From UHGV virus genome UHGV-0289908: a stretch of 64,000 nucleotides of DNA, one strand, 5' to 3'. The position numbers and the translations under genes are program-made. The notes below the pieces were generated by a model. It saw nothing but the letters and a program-made list of their open reading frames with translations. It was not told the origin of the DNA and did not search any database. This DNA is from a virus. This document shows, in pieces, positions 48,068 through 56,639 of the stretch. The first letter of the stretch is position 1; each line of letters opens with the position of its first letter.

Positions 48068-50821
48068 CTACTCTTCCTCCTTGAAATGCTTTGACCGTTT
48101 TGTGTGCATAGTAAATGTCATTCCTTTAAATTCAAATTCCCCTGTTGCTGACTGAATTGGATATGAGATTTGCCCTTGGTTTCTTTTCAGTAAGTTTTTA
48201 ATAATCTGTTCTCCGCACACATTCCATACGACATATTTTGACTTGTTTGAAGAATAACAAATATCAATCATAATATTGCATAAAGTTTCCTCATTGGTGC
48301 ATACTACAAGCAGGTCATTTTTAAATCTCTCTGTTAAGCGATTTTCAATGTCTGCTCGTTCATTTGAGGACATCTTCTGTTTAACCGATGTCTGATAGAA
48401 CTTCTTAAGGTCGTCAATGTACTGCTCGTACAATGCAGCAACCTTCTTAGCCATACTACGTTTGTATTCAACATTAGGCGATTTCAGAATTTCTTTGTCG
48501 AACTCTGTCTTGCGTGTGTCGAGCTTGACTTGCTGAAACACCTCTTCAACGTGCCAACAGATTTTGTTCATCAGACAAGCTGTCTCGTCTATAGGAAGTT
48601 GCTTTTTGAAGAAGTGAAGAGATTTTTCTTCCTCTTCTGTTCTGTCTGTTGACGCAATGATTTCGTCCATTGACTTCTTGAACTTGCGTCGGCAACGAAT
48701 GTTCTCACTCTTCACATAATCCATGTAATCCTTGCGTAGCTTTGGATAGATGTAAGTGAAGAAATATGGTTTTTTATCTGCCACTAATTGACGATTAAAC
48801 TCTTTAAAAGCGACTACCTCTTCCGAGTCTGTGTCCGAAGGCATTAAAGGTTGATAGCTTATCCATGACTTAGGAATCCCACCAGAGGTTTCAATCCCTT
48901 TTGCTACGTCAATACTTTCTTGACTGTGTAGAATGGAAGACATAATTCGATAATCCAACTCTTCCCATTCTGGAGTCCCAAAGTCAAATCTCGCTTGAAT
49001 ACTTTGAATACATGTTGCCTTGTTTGTAATAACTCCAACATTCTCTGTCTTGCTTGCGAGCAATAACTTGTCAGAACGAATGTAGTCTTCTTCTGAACAC
49101 ATTTGCTTTTGAGCACTCTTTTGAAGGCAAATAACTGGCAAGGTGTCTCTTATCCCTTTCATAATGTATTCATTGTTTGTAATGAAAACGGTATCACCAT
49201 CACAGTCCATCCCCGATAGTCTAGGACATGTTGCGTCATAGGCATTTAGAACGTACAGCTCCCCAATGTGCTGATACCATTTTGCCATCTCTTCTGTGCA
49301 AACAATTTCAGCCTTACCAATGTTGTTATGAGAGACCATAGGTGCTCGGAACATCCCAACCTCTGACACTCCTTTGTCCACCCAGAATTTAGAATAAAAT
49401 TGTCCAGATTTTAATAACCCTTTCACTTCCATTCCAAACATGTTCTCTGCCAAACATATAGGGTCAATAGTTACCGTTTGGTAATTTCCTTGTACTTTGA
49501 TTTTCCCAATCTTGGTTTCGTCAATTCGTTTCTTTATCATGTTGTTGATAGATGTTCTAACATAAGGGTCGTTGATTAACTCTGGCTCAATCATAAGAGC
49601 ACTAGCGTAATCATATGTATTGATATCTGTATTTTCAGACATCCCAATTCCTTTTAAGTATGCTAAAGATTTTCTAGGGTCTAGCCCTTTTACCTCAATT
49701 ATCTCATCTATCGTCGGTTGAATAAGAGCATATATCTCTTCATCTGTTAAATCTAAAGACTGAATGAACTGATAGTTGGTATCTCGAACCTCGTCCAATA
49801 CCTTTGGAGTTTGCTTTGTGACACTAAATGTGTATTTGTTTTCTACACAACATCTATGATAGTGCTCCCATGAATCATAACTGTCCCACAACTTGAGCAT
49901 TGAGGTTGTGATTACTAGGTCAACATCATCAACATTCCACTCTTTATCCCAAACATCTACAATGACCTCTTTGTTCGCTTTCTCTTTTGCAAACATCTTA
50001 AAGTCGAACACTAGGGCTACTCCTTTTAAGAAAGAATTCCTAATAATAAAACCGCTCGGAGTGTAATCTAGGTGCAGGTCTTTAGCCCAAACCTTCGCAA
50101 ATTCGGGAGAGATAAAACCAGAGCCGTCGCTCGCATTTAGATTCATTTCATAATCTTCAATAACTCGCTTGTGTGGTCGTCCATCTGTTACTTCTCCTAA
50201 TTCGATAACGCTTGTTTTGAAATTCGTTTCCACATCGTGTACAATACAAACGTTAGGGGTGTCGGTTACTGGGTTACTAGCACTCATTGTTAAGCTACGA
50301 TAGGCACTTAATTTTGCAGGAACAAATTCTTTGTCATTACGACCATTGTCAATGCGTCTTTGTAATTCGTCTAAAATGGTTTCGTCCGCATAGAACACTT
50401 CTCCCTTTTTAATTGAAGCAGGAGTGGATAGGAAACGTTTGTATCGTGTTCCATTTATCACAAATCCTCGGTTAATTAAATCATAGTGTTTTGATTTATC
50501 AATCTTGACACACACAAGATACTTCAAGAACAATATTTTGTCCAACTCTTGTTTCAGCGAAACGTATCTTTTACTATTGGCTTTATTATGCCCTTCCTGT
50601 GTTAAGTGAAAAATCTCTCTTTTGAGTTGTTGAACACGCTCTTCTTCATATCCCGTCTTGGCAATGTCGTCAATACTTCTAATAACATACGAAGAAGCAA
50701 GTCCAACAATCCACCCTTCCTCTAATAGTTCGTCCATTTCAAGTTTTAAAGACATGTTAGAGTCAACAATCTCAGTGCTTGGAATTTTTATAATTTTTCT
50801 TATTGAATATAGGTTGCTCAC
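48068..50821 (-). CDS. Single-chain two-barrel (YonO/QDE-1-like) RNA polymerase homologue (917 aa)
   Basis: Beta-prime-type DPBB signature: FRAPMVSH at residues 491-498, then 40 residues later MDCDGD (DxDGD) at 538-543, compared with NRAPTLHR...NADFDGD of multisubunit beta-prime. An upstream beta-type barrel candidate RNSFLKGV (residues 261-268) compares with RHGNKGV. Confidence 0.6.
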   Translation of the reverse strand: MSNLYSIRKIIKIPSTEIVDSNMSLKLEMDELLEEGWIVGLASSYVIRSIDDIAKTGYEEERVQQLKREIFHLTQEGHNKANSKRYVSLKQELDKILFLKYLVCVKIDKSKHYDLINRGFVINGTRYKRFLSTPASIKKGEVFYADETILDELQRRIDNGRNDKEFVPAKLSAYRSLTMSASNPVTDTPNVCIVHDVETNFKTSVIELGEVTDGRPHKRVIEDYEMNLNASDGSGFISPEFAKVWAKDLHLDYTPSGFIIRNSFLKGVALVFDFKMFAKEKANKEVIVDVWDKEWNVDDVDLVITTSMLKLWDSYDSWEHYHRCCVENKYTFSVTKQTPKVLDEVRDTNYQFIQSLDLTDEEIYALIQPTIDEIIEVKGLDPRKSLAYLKGIGMSENTDINTYDYASALMIEPELINDPYVRTSINNMIKKRIDETKIGKIKVQGNYQTVTIDPICLAENMFGMEVKGLLKSGQFYSKFWVDKGVSEVGMFRAPMVSHNNIGKAEIVCTEEMAKWYQHIGELYVLNAYDATCPRLSGMDCDGDTVFITNNEYIMKGIRDTLPVICLQKSAQKQMCSEEDYIRSDKLLLASKTENVGVITNKATCIQSIQARFDFGTPEWEELDYRIMSSILHSQESIDVAKGIETSGGIPKSWISYQPLMPSDTDSEEVVAFKEFNRQLVADKKPYFFTYIYPKLRKDYMDYVKSENIRCRRKFKKSMDEIIASTDRTEEEEKSLHFFKKQLPIDETACLMNKICWHVEEVFQQVKLDTRKTEFDKEILKSPNVEYKRSMAKKVAALYEQYIDDLKKFYQTSVKQKMSSNERADIENRLTERFKNDLLVVCTNEETLCNIMIDICYSSNKSKYVVWNVCGEQIIKNLLKRNQGQISYPIQSATGEFEFKGMTFTMHTKRSKHFKEEE

Positions 50822-51645
50822 TATTTTTTCATCTCCTTTTTCACTCTCTCTTGTACTCCATTTGCCTTTTGATAATACCGCTGTGCCTGTTCTTTGAATT
50901 TGGAAGGAGATTGCTTTTTACGAGAATGAGGTTGACGCTTCTCAAGAAGTCTCATGCAATAACTCGACACATCTTCAATCTCGTTGTTAACAAACTCTTT
51001 TTTCAATGACTCTGCACGGTCGCTTATCAAAGCATTTAAGCATGAACACCATTCGGTGGCGAAGAGCTGTCCTTGATTAAGGATTAAGATACGCTCACTT
51101 ACGTGTTCAACGATTCTTTTGAGCTCTGCTTTTGCAGTACTTGGAATCAAAGGGTCAATCTGTGTTATCATGGTTTTAATCTCCTTATGTCCTAATTGTT
51201 CCTTGTTCGATTCCTCAATCATTCGTTTTATTTCACACAGTCCTATAAACAACTGTAATTGTCGTCGTATGTCTTTTTCGATTTGATTTTGGGTTCTTCG
51301 CTCTTCTGAAACTGAATGGTTGTTTCCTCCAAGTTGAACATTATAGCCCTTGTTGTTGTTGGTTGAGTCGTAATACTCTATCCAGAATTTTTCCTTTTCG
51401 TTTAATTCCGCAACTGTTAGTCCACGGTCAATTATTTCAACAATGAAGTTTTCCGCTCCGTATTTTCTAATGGAGTTTGCTAGGTATAGGTTTACTTTTG
51501 GAGAATTTGCGATTCTCTCCACTCCCACTCCTTTCCCACAATATCTTTTATTGAAGGTCTTTTGGGTTTGTCCTATGTACACTTTTCCGTTTACTTGATT
51601 TGTAACCTTGTATATAATCATGGTTTCCGTTTCAAGTGCTTTCAT
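50821..51645 (-). CDS. GIY-YIG homing endonuclease (about 274 aa from the corrected start)
   Basis: Track ORF 50821..51714. The likely start is the ATG at 51645, after AAGGAG. Motif MIIYKVTNQVNGKVYIGQT...NKRY...YGAENFIVEII...N matches the GIY-YIG catalytic core. The C-terminal half is helical (a likely DNA-binding module). Confidence 0.7.
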   Translation of the reverse strand: MKALETETMIIYKVTNQVNGKVYIGQTQKTFNKRYCGKGVGVERIANSPKVNLYLANSIRKYGAENFIVEIIDRGLTVAELNEKEKFWIEYYDSTNNNKGYNVQLGGNNHSVSEERRTQNQIEKDIRRQLQLFIGLCEIKRMIEESNKEQLGHKEIKTMITQIDPLIPSTAKAELKRIVEHVSERILILNQGQLFATEWCSCLNALISDRAESLKKEFVNNEIEDVSSYCMRLLEKRQPHSRKKQSPSKFKEQAQRYYQKANGVQERVKKEMKK

Positions 51646-51662
51646 CTCTCTACTCCTTTGTC

Positions 51663-51917
51663 TTATCCAATAAAAATAATTTTCACTTCTTCTCCTGTAA
51701 TACGACAGTAACAATCTGCTACTCGACCCGAATCACGGATGAAATCAACAATCGACTCTGTTAATTCTTCAACGTATTCAATCTTGTCTTTTTTTTCGTC
51801 CCCAAATCCTAAGAAGCGGTTCGGGGTAAAATACATACAACCATACCCCACTCTCGTTTGTACCTTGAACTCTTTTCCTACCATGGACGCTAAAACCATA
51901 CTGTCTAGCTTAGTCAT
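51663..51917 (-). CDS. Hypothetical protein (84 aa)
   Basis: ORF from the track. Confidence 0.4.
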   Translation of the reverse strand: MTKLDSMVLASMVGKEFKVQTRVGYGCMYFTPNRFLGFGDEKKDKIEYVEELTESIVDFIRDSGRVADCYCRITGEEVKIIFIG

Positions 51918-52037
51918 AAATATAAACCTCCTTTTGTCTTGTTTGTATTGGGAGAAACTTCCAGTTCACCCCTATACTTATATTATAACTTGATTGGTGT
52001 TTTTTATCAATTCGTTTTATAATATTTAAGCGAAAGA

Positions 52038-52838
52038 CTAAGCTCTTTCAGTGTTCTCAATAATGCTAACCGAGATTGCTCGAAGGTCTCCCTCAAACAC
52101 TCGTGCTACCACTTGATAAAACTCCCAAGTCATGTCCATATGCGAACAAATGTATTCCATACGATTGGTGTTTGACTTTACCTCTCCACGCTCAATGGCT
52201 CTTCGTAAACGGATATCAACATTCATGTGGTGAGCTAAGTCAAACTCCTTGTAAGCAAGGGCATAGCGTCCTTGATATCCACCACGTGCTCCGAAACGGA
52301 TGATTTGATTAATGCGTTGACGTAGTTCTGGTTTTGGTGAGTCTTGCGTTAATCCCATAATGATTTGCTTTTGATGTTCAATCTCTTTCATTTGGGTTTC
52401 AATTTTGACATTCTGTTGCTGAATGATAGCATCTTTCTTATTCAGTGTTTGTTGGGCAATCATAAGAGCCTTAGCCATAATGGTTGCTTCATCATCTTCT
52501 TGAGCTACAGGGATGTAACCACCTGTCGTGCGAATTTGCTTTAGGATTTTCTTAACTTCTTTCTTGAATGCCTTAGCGATTGGTTTACGTGATTGCATAA
52601 GAACTTCATACAATCCATCTTCGGTTAAGAACCAAGCTCTTTGCTTTCCTCCAAGGGTACAAACATTGTTTGTAACCTTTTCTTCTTCATCAACTTTACG
52701 CAACATTGTTGAAACATCACTGTGTTCAATCCATTCTGCCACATCTTTTGCTAGGAACAATGGAGCTTCCTTAGTCCCATACATTTTAAATTCTTTTTCG
52801 AGCACTACCTGCTCATGCACTACTGTTAATGCTGTCAT
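52038..52838 (-). CDS. Bro-N / KilA-C-like antirepressor-family protein (266 aa)
   Basis: N-terminal ~110 aa resemble Bro-N domains (FLAKDVAEWIEHS...WFLTEDGLYEVLMQSRKPIAKAFKKEV), followed by a coiled coil and a C-terminal domain. Confidence 0.5.
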   Translation of the reverse strand: MTALTVVHEQVVLEKEFKMYGTKEAPLFLAKDVAEWIEHSDVSTMLRKVDEEEKVTNNVCTLGGKQRAWFLTEDGLYEVLMQSRKPIAKAFKKEVKKILKQIRTTGGYIPVAQEDDEATIMAKALMIAQQTLNKKDAIIQQQNVKIETQMKEIEHQKQIIMGLTQDSPKPELRQRINQIIRFGARGGYQGRYALAYKEFDLAHHMNVDIRLRRAIERGEVKSNTNRMEYICSHMDMTWEFYQVVARVFEGDLRAISVSIIENTERA

Positions 52839-53057
52839 TTCATTCTTTCTCCTTTATGTATTTTTCAGACATGCCCTCAGAAGCCATATAAGGCGATTTA
52901 AGAAGGCTAAGTATAACGATGATTAATTTATCGACCGAAACGCTATCTCTTCTCAGAGAGCCTTAAAATGCGTCTCAGAGGTATTCTAGAGTTGCAAAAC
53001 TCCGTATTTGAAGTTCTCATCGACATATTTGATTATAGCATTATTTGTCACTATTTG

Positions 53058-54128
53058 TCAAGAGGTTTTTCGTTCTTTTAATTTTTCTTTTATTTTGGGT
53101 TCAAGATGGGTTTTTTGAGAGACATCTCCACAGGCTCTAAAAAGGACTTTCCCATCTTCTTTCCACTTTTTTGAGAGAATGCTCCGACTCGCTCTGTCCT
53201 TGTACCCTAACAAGGGCTTATCCTTTTCTACTTTCGATTGTTTGCGAGCAAATGTTTGTTCATTACTGGTTCGAGAGATGGCATTGATTCTGGAAGTCAA
53301 TGAGTCAATGGTAATTCCCAATTCTTGTTGTTGTTGATAACGTTCTTTTACCATTTCTTCATATCCTTCACTGATGGCTATTTCGTAACACTTGTAATAG
53401 AAACGAATTCCAATTTCCTTAAGACCTTCATTCACATTTCGGATATATTCTCCCCAACGTCCATCTGCAATAATGGCACTTTCCCCGCTACGTAAATCGT
53501 ACCCCATGTGTTTCATAGCACCGTGACGAACATTGATGATATTTGCCAAATCTCCCCCAGTTGCTTCATGGTACTCTCCTTGAGTATCACAGAAGACAAT
53601 GATATCCCGTTTAATTAAACGACCTTGACTTTCCATTCTTTTAAACATCGTTTGAATTCTGTCGTCAGCTTTATCATAAGTTCTTTCAAAGAAATATCGA
53701 GTGGCAATAGAAGAAGTACCCAATAACTTCTCTGTGATGTCTTGATTCTTATAGCAAATGTTAAAGTTGTGATTTACATAGCCCAAGGATTGAAATAGAT
53801 TGAGCTTCGTGATTCGTAACACCCTAGAATTCCCGTTAACCTGTTCAGCATTGGCTAATAGGTTAATCATGACTTCCTCGGATAAGTCCTGTAATTCAGA
53901 CCTACGGGTTCTAACAACAGGAGTTGCTTCACCAGTAACTTCGGTAATGATGTATTTATGACCTGCACGTGTCCATTTGCAATATTGCTCCAATGTTTTC
54001 ATTTGTGCTTTCCAACTGTCGCTTCCACCTTTGTAGATTGTCCATCCCATAATAGCACAAATCTCTTTATAGTTCTTAAATTCACGTCCGACCCAAAGTT
54101 CGGATTTATTAACCTTGTACTTACTCAT
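53058..54128 (-). CDS. Hypothetical protein (356 aa), first gene of the leftward gene train
   Basis: ORF from the track, downstream of the leftward promoter at 54273-54301. Confidence 0.5.
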   Translation of the reverse strand: MSKYKVNKSELWVGREFKNYKEICAIMGWTIYKGGSDSWKAQMKTLEQYCKWTRAGHKYIITEVTGEATPVVRTRRSELQDLSEEVMINLLANAEQVNGNSRVLRITKLNLFQSLGYVNHNFNICYKNQDITEKLLGTSSIATRYFFERTYDKADDRIQTMFKRMESQGRLIKRDIIVFCDTQGEYHEATGGDLANIINVRHGAMKHMGYDLRSGESAIIADGRWGEYIRNVNEGLKEIGIRFYYKCYEIAISEGYEEMVKERYQQQQELGITIDSLTSRINAISRTSNEQTFARKQSKVEKDKPLLGYKDRASRSILSKKWKEDGKVLFRACGDVSQKTHLEPKIKEKLKERKTS

Positions 54129-54142
54129 AAATGTACCCCTTT

Positions 54143-54180
54143 CTATGTTTCAAAAAAAGCCCCTATATTAACCCCCCTAA
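54143..54180 (-). promoter_or_regulatory. Leader hairpin plus U-tract (attenuator-like) between the leftward promoter and the first gene
   Basis: Minus-strand RNA reads CTATATTA-GGGGGGT-TAATATAG GGGCTTTTTT. Confidence 0.4.
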
Positions 54181-54272
54181 TATAGTTATTATATTATATA
54201 TTTAGGGGTTTTAAACAGGGGTATTTTTTTTGTTTCAGCTCTGACATCAGTTCGTCAAAACTCGACTTCCTT

Positions 54273-54301
54273 ATTTTATAATATTTAAGCACAGTTGTCA
54301 A
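54273..54301 (-). promoter_or_regulatory. Leftward sigma-A-type promoter
   Basis: On the minus strand: TTGACA (54301-54296), 17 nt, TAAAAT (54278-54273). Confidence 0.5.
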
Positions 54302-54774
54302 TAGTTTTTCGGTACAAAGTTTAACAACTTCGTACCTCACACATCCAAGCTCCGTCACTTCGTTCCTACCTTGTCTGTGGTTATTGACCATGAAATGAAG
54401 TATTATGACCCGTCCGAACTGTGAGGGACGAACAGTTTGGCGGTAAGGTCACAATACGAATGGAATGAGTATTGTGACCGCAAAATCTTTTTATCAATAA
54501 AATTTTTTATTTACCGACATTTTATTGTAATGGGTATGAGCCTTAATATAGGACGATTTAAGAAGGGGTTATTTAGGGTATGGTTAATTTTATATGGGGA
54601 TGTGTAACGTTGCTTAGAAAGGCTTATATTGCGTTATAGGGGTATTGTGAGCCATCTATATAATGATGAATGTGATATATGGGTATGGGGACAAATATAG
54701 AATATGGGGTATTTATACGGAAACACACCCCCTCCCCTTTCCATATATAGAAAATGGTGTTTTTCAATTTTTCA

Positions 54775-54870
54775 CGTTTTTGAGCTATTTTTACGCATTT
54801 TTAACGTTTTTTGCTTAAAATTTGCTATTTTTTGTCGTTTTTCAGTGTTTTTTGTCGTTTTTTGCAAAAT
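54775..54870. repeat. Phased T5-6 tracts at 10-11-bp periodicity (intrinsically bent DNA)
   Basis: cacgttttt gagctattttt acgcattttt aacgtttttt gcttaaaattt gctatttttt gtcgttttt cagtgtttttt gtcgtttttt. Confidence 0.6.
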
Positions 54871-55299
54871 CAAGGTATAGGAAATGGGCTATTTTGACGG
54901 TATTTGGTCAAAATATAGCGACAAGAGGTAAAAAAGTGACCAAAATTGAGTCTGAAACAACGGATTTATCGGGATTTTGTATGAATTGCCCTATATAAAG
55001 GTTGAGATTTGAGGATGATTGTTCCATTTAGAAGGGCTGATTTTGGGGTAAATTAATGGAAATCTCAACCGTTTTAGGATAGTCTGTGGAGCTCCTTATG
55101 CTCTGAGTGGCATGAGAGACTATAGTCCGTAGTTGTCTTTGGACTATTCGGGAGTTTCTTGAGAATAGGTAGAAATACCAGTGGGAGACGAGGAAGTTCT
55201 GGAGATGGATATTCTCTTGAGTTCTTCGGTAGAGACTCGATATCTTTTGTGATTAAAATGGGCAAAAGTATTGATGGCAGTAGTGTTTGGAGGTCTTTT

Positions 55300-55440
55300 G
55301 CAGGGGTTAGAGGGAGCTAGAGGGAGAGGTGAATCTGGAGCGGGAGAGCTGAATGATGTGAGTGGGAAGAGCTTGAGAGGGAGAGGTTTGAGGGGGAAGT
55401 GGTGTGGAAGAGGTGTGGAATGAGCCGTGTGGGAATGGAA
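55300..55440 (+). repeat. Polypurine (GA-rich) tract with multiple G3-5 runs
   Basis: About 140 bp that are roughly 80% purine on the plus strand (gagggagctagagggagaggtgaatctggagcgggagag...gagggggaagtgg). Confidence 0.6.
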
Positions 55441-55704
55441 CAGATACCCGAGTCTGTTCGCATTTTTCGACCTTTTTCGACGTAAACCGACCCCCCTGTA
55501 AGCGTTTTCCAATGACCTATAATGTAGCTTATGAGTCCCCCAATGTGTTCAAATTGTGTCTTTTTTCTGGTTCGACAGGATTCGACATTTTCCCCAATTA
55601 TTCGACATCACTATAAAAGGTATAGCCCAAACTATACCTTTTAGGTAAAACGTTATAACCTTTTTATCGTTCAACCTGTCTATACATGTTGATGAAACAC
55701 ACAA

Positions 55705-55960
55705 ATACTAAACTTTTCCCTTACTATCACTAAACACGACCCACGACCCCCAAAAAGTTTACCTATATTAAACAAAAAGTTTACCCACACTAAACCACAC
55801 AAATATTAAACTTTAGGTTTAAAAATATTAAACCACAAAATTACTAAACAAAAAGTTTAAAATCACTAAACACCCTTATGTTTAGTCACACTAAACACAA
55901 GTTTAAAAATACTAAACATGACCTAGTTTATAAATACTAAACCAATGTTTATAAATACTA
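55705..55960. repeat. ACTAAAC iteron array (about 10 copies) interleaved with AAGTTTA repeats
   Basis: aaatACTAAACtttt, tcACTAAACacg, cacACTAAACcac, attACTAAACaaaa, tcACTAAACaccc, gtttagtcacACTAAACac, aatACTAAACatg, aatACTAAACcaatg, aatACTAAACtcaag. Confidence 0.6.
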
Positions 55961-55968
55961 AACTCAAG

Positions 55969-56012
55969 TTATCCACAAGCTACCCACTTATCCACAACCA
56001 ACCTGTGGATAA
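55969..56012. promoter_or_regulatory. Cluster of three DnaA boxes (TTATCCACA, TTATCCACA, and TGTGGATAA inverted); candidate replication origin
   Basis: Exact 9-mers at 55969-55977, 55988-55996 and 56004-56012, directly following the iteron array and preceding an AT-rich stretch. Confidence 0.6.
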
Positions 56013-56379
56013 CTACAAGCACAAACGCCGATAAAAGTCAAGTAAAAACTTAATTAAATTTTTCACAATGAAACCGTTTTCCTGCAATGCACACTTTTGC
56101 CTATTTGTCAACCCCCTTAAATTACCCCATGTAACCGCTTTATTTCAGCTTTTAAGGGGGGTCGGGTATAATAACCCTCAGAGCGTCTTAAAACGAAAAA
56201 CAGGAATTTCGACACGATTCGACACGCTAAAACGCTTACAATTTTTCTCATGTTGAAATTTGTCGAATTTTGTCACCGACCTTACTTCGTGAAATACTTC
56301 ACAAATCGAACGTGTTCGGTTATGTCCAACTTGTGTTCGAGTTTGTGAAATAATTAATAATGACACACCCGACCCTGTG

Positions 56380-56423
56380 GTATACGTGCGTGCGTGCGTG
56401 CGTACACGTGCGTACACGTATGT
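56380..56423. repeat. Perfect 44-bp alternating purine-pyrimidine tract ((CG/TG)n), Z-DNA-prone
   Basis: gtatacgtgcgtgcgtgcgtgcgtacacgtgcgtacacgtatgt, with strict R-Y alternation checked base by base. Confidence 0.6.
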
Positions 56424-56487
56424 CCATATATAGACACGACCTCAAAAGTTTGTGAAATATTTAATTTAAAAGAACACAAAATGAACA

Positions 56488-56516
56488 CAACTTCACCCCG
56501 TGACCGTGGTAATATA
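56488..56516 (+). promoter_or_regulatory. Rightward promoter P0 (extended -10 TGgTAATAT, weak -35), followed by the conserved ATAAGTGTGCTnAGG start region
   Basis: -10 at 56510-56515. The transcript begins with a GUGCUGAGGGGCAC hairpin. Confidence 0.4.
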
Positions 56517-56604
56517 TAAGTGTGCTGAGGGGCACGGGTTGAGCCCCGACACAATTCGACAAATTATGTCGAAAATAAAAAATTAAATTTTTTTCGAAAA
56601 ACTG

Positions 56605-56633
56605 TTGACGGTAAAATCAACATGTGATAATAT
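56605..56633 (+). promoter_or_regulatory. Rightward promoter PA: TTGACG, 17 nt, TGaTAATAT. The -35 lies inside the palindrome TGTTGAC-N7-TCAACA.
   Basis: -35 at 56605-56610, -10 at 56628-56633, extended TG at 56625-56626. Confidence 0.6.
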
Positions 56634-56639
56634 ATAAGT

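Larger units (their letters stand above)
55466..56573. repeat. TTCGACA iteron family (at least 9 copies, in pairs 10 bp apart, plus one perfect palindrome)
   Basis: Pairs at 55466/55476, 55571/55581 and 56208/56218, a single copy at 55601, inverted copies at 56261 and 56567, and the palindrome TTCGACAaattaTGTCGAA at 56555-56573. Confidence 0.55.

Noticed and set aside
54194-54391. 65-aa minus-strand ORF upstream of the 356-aa gene
   Set aside because: It spans the predicted leftward promoter (-35 at 54296-54301) and the leader hairpin and has no convincing RBS. It is probably not translated.
55144-55512. 122-aa minus-strand ORF, and the neighbouring 55074..55265, 55404..55616, 56068..56554 and 57010..57198 ORFs in the control region
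   Set aside because: The first is the P/L-rich reverse complement of the polypurine tract. The others lack RBSs and lie across iterons, promoters and hairpins. The region is better explained as a non-coding origin/regulatory region.
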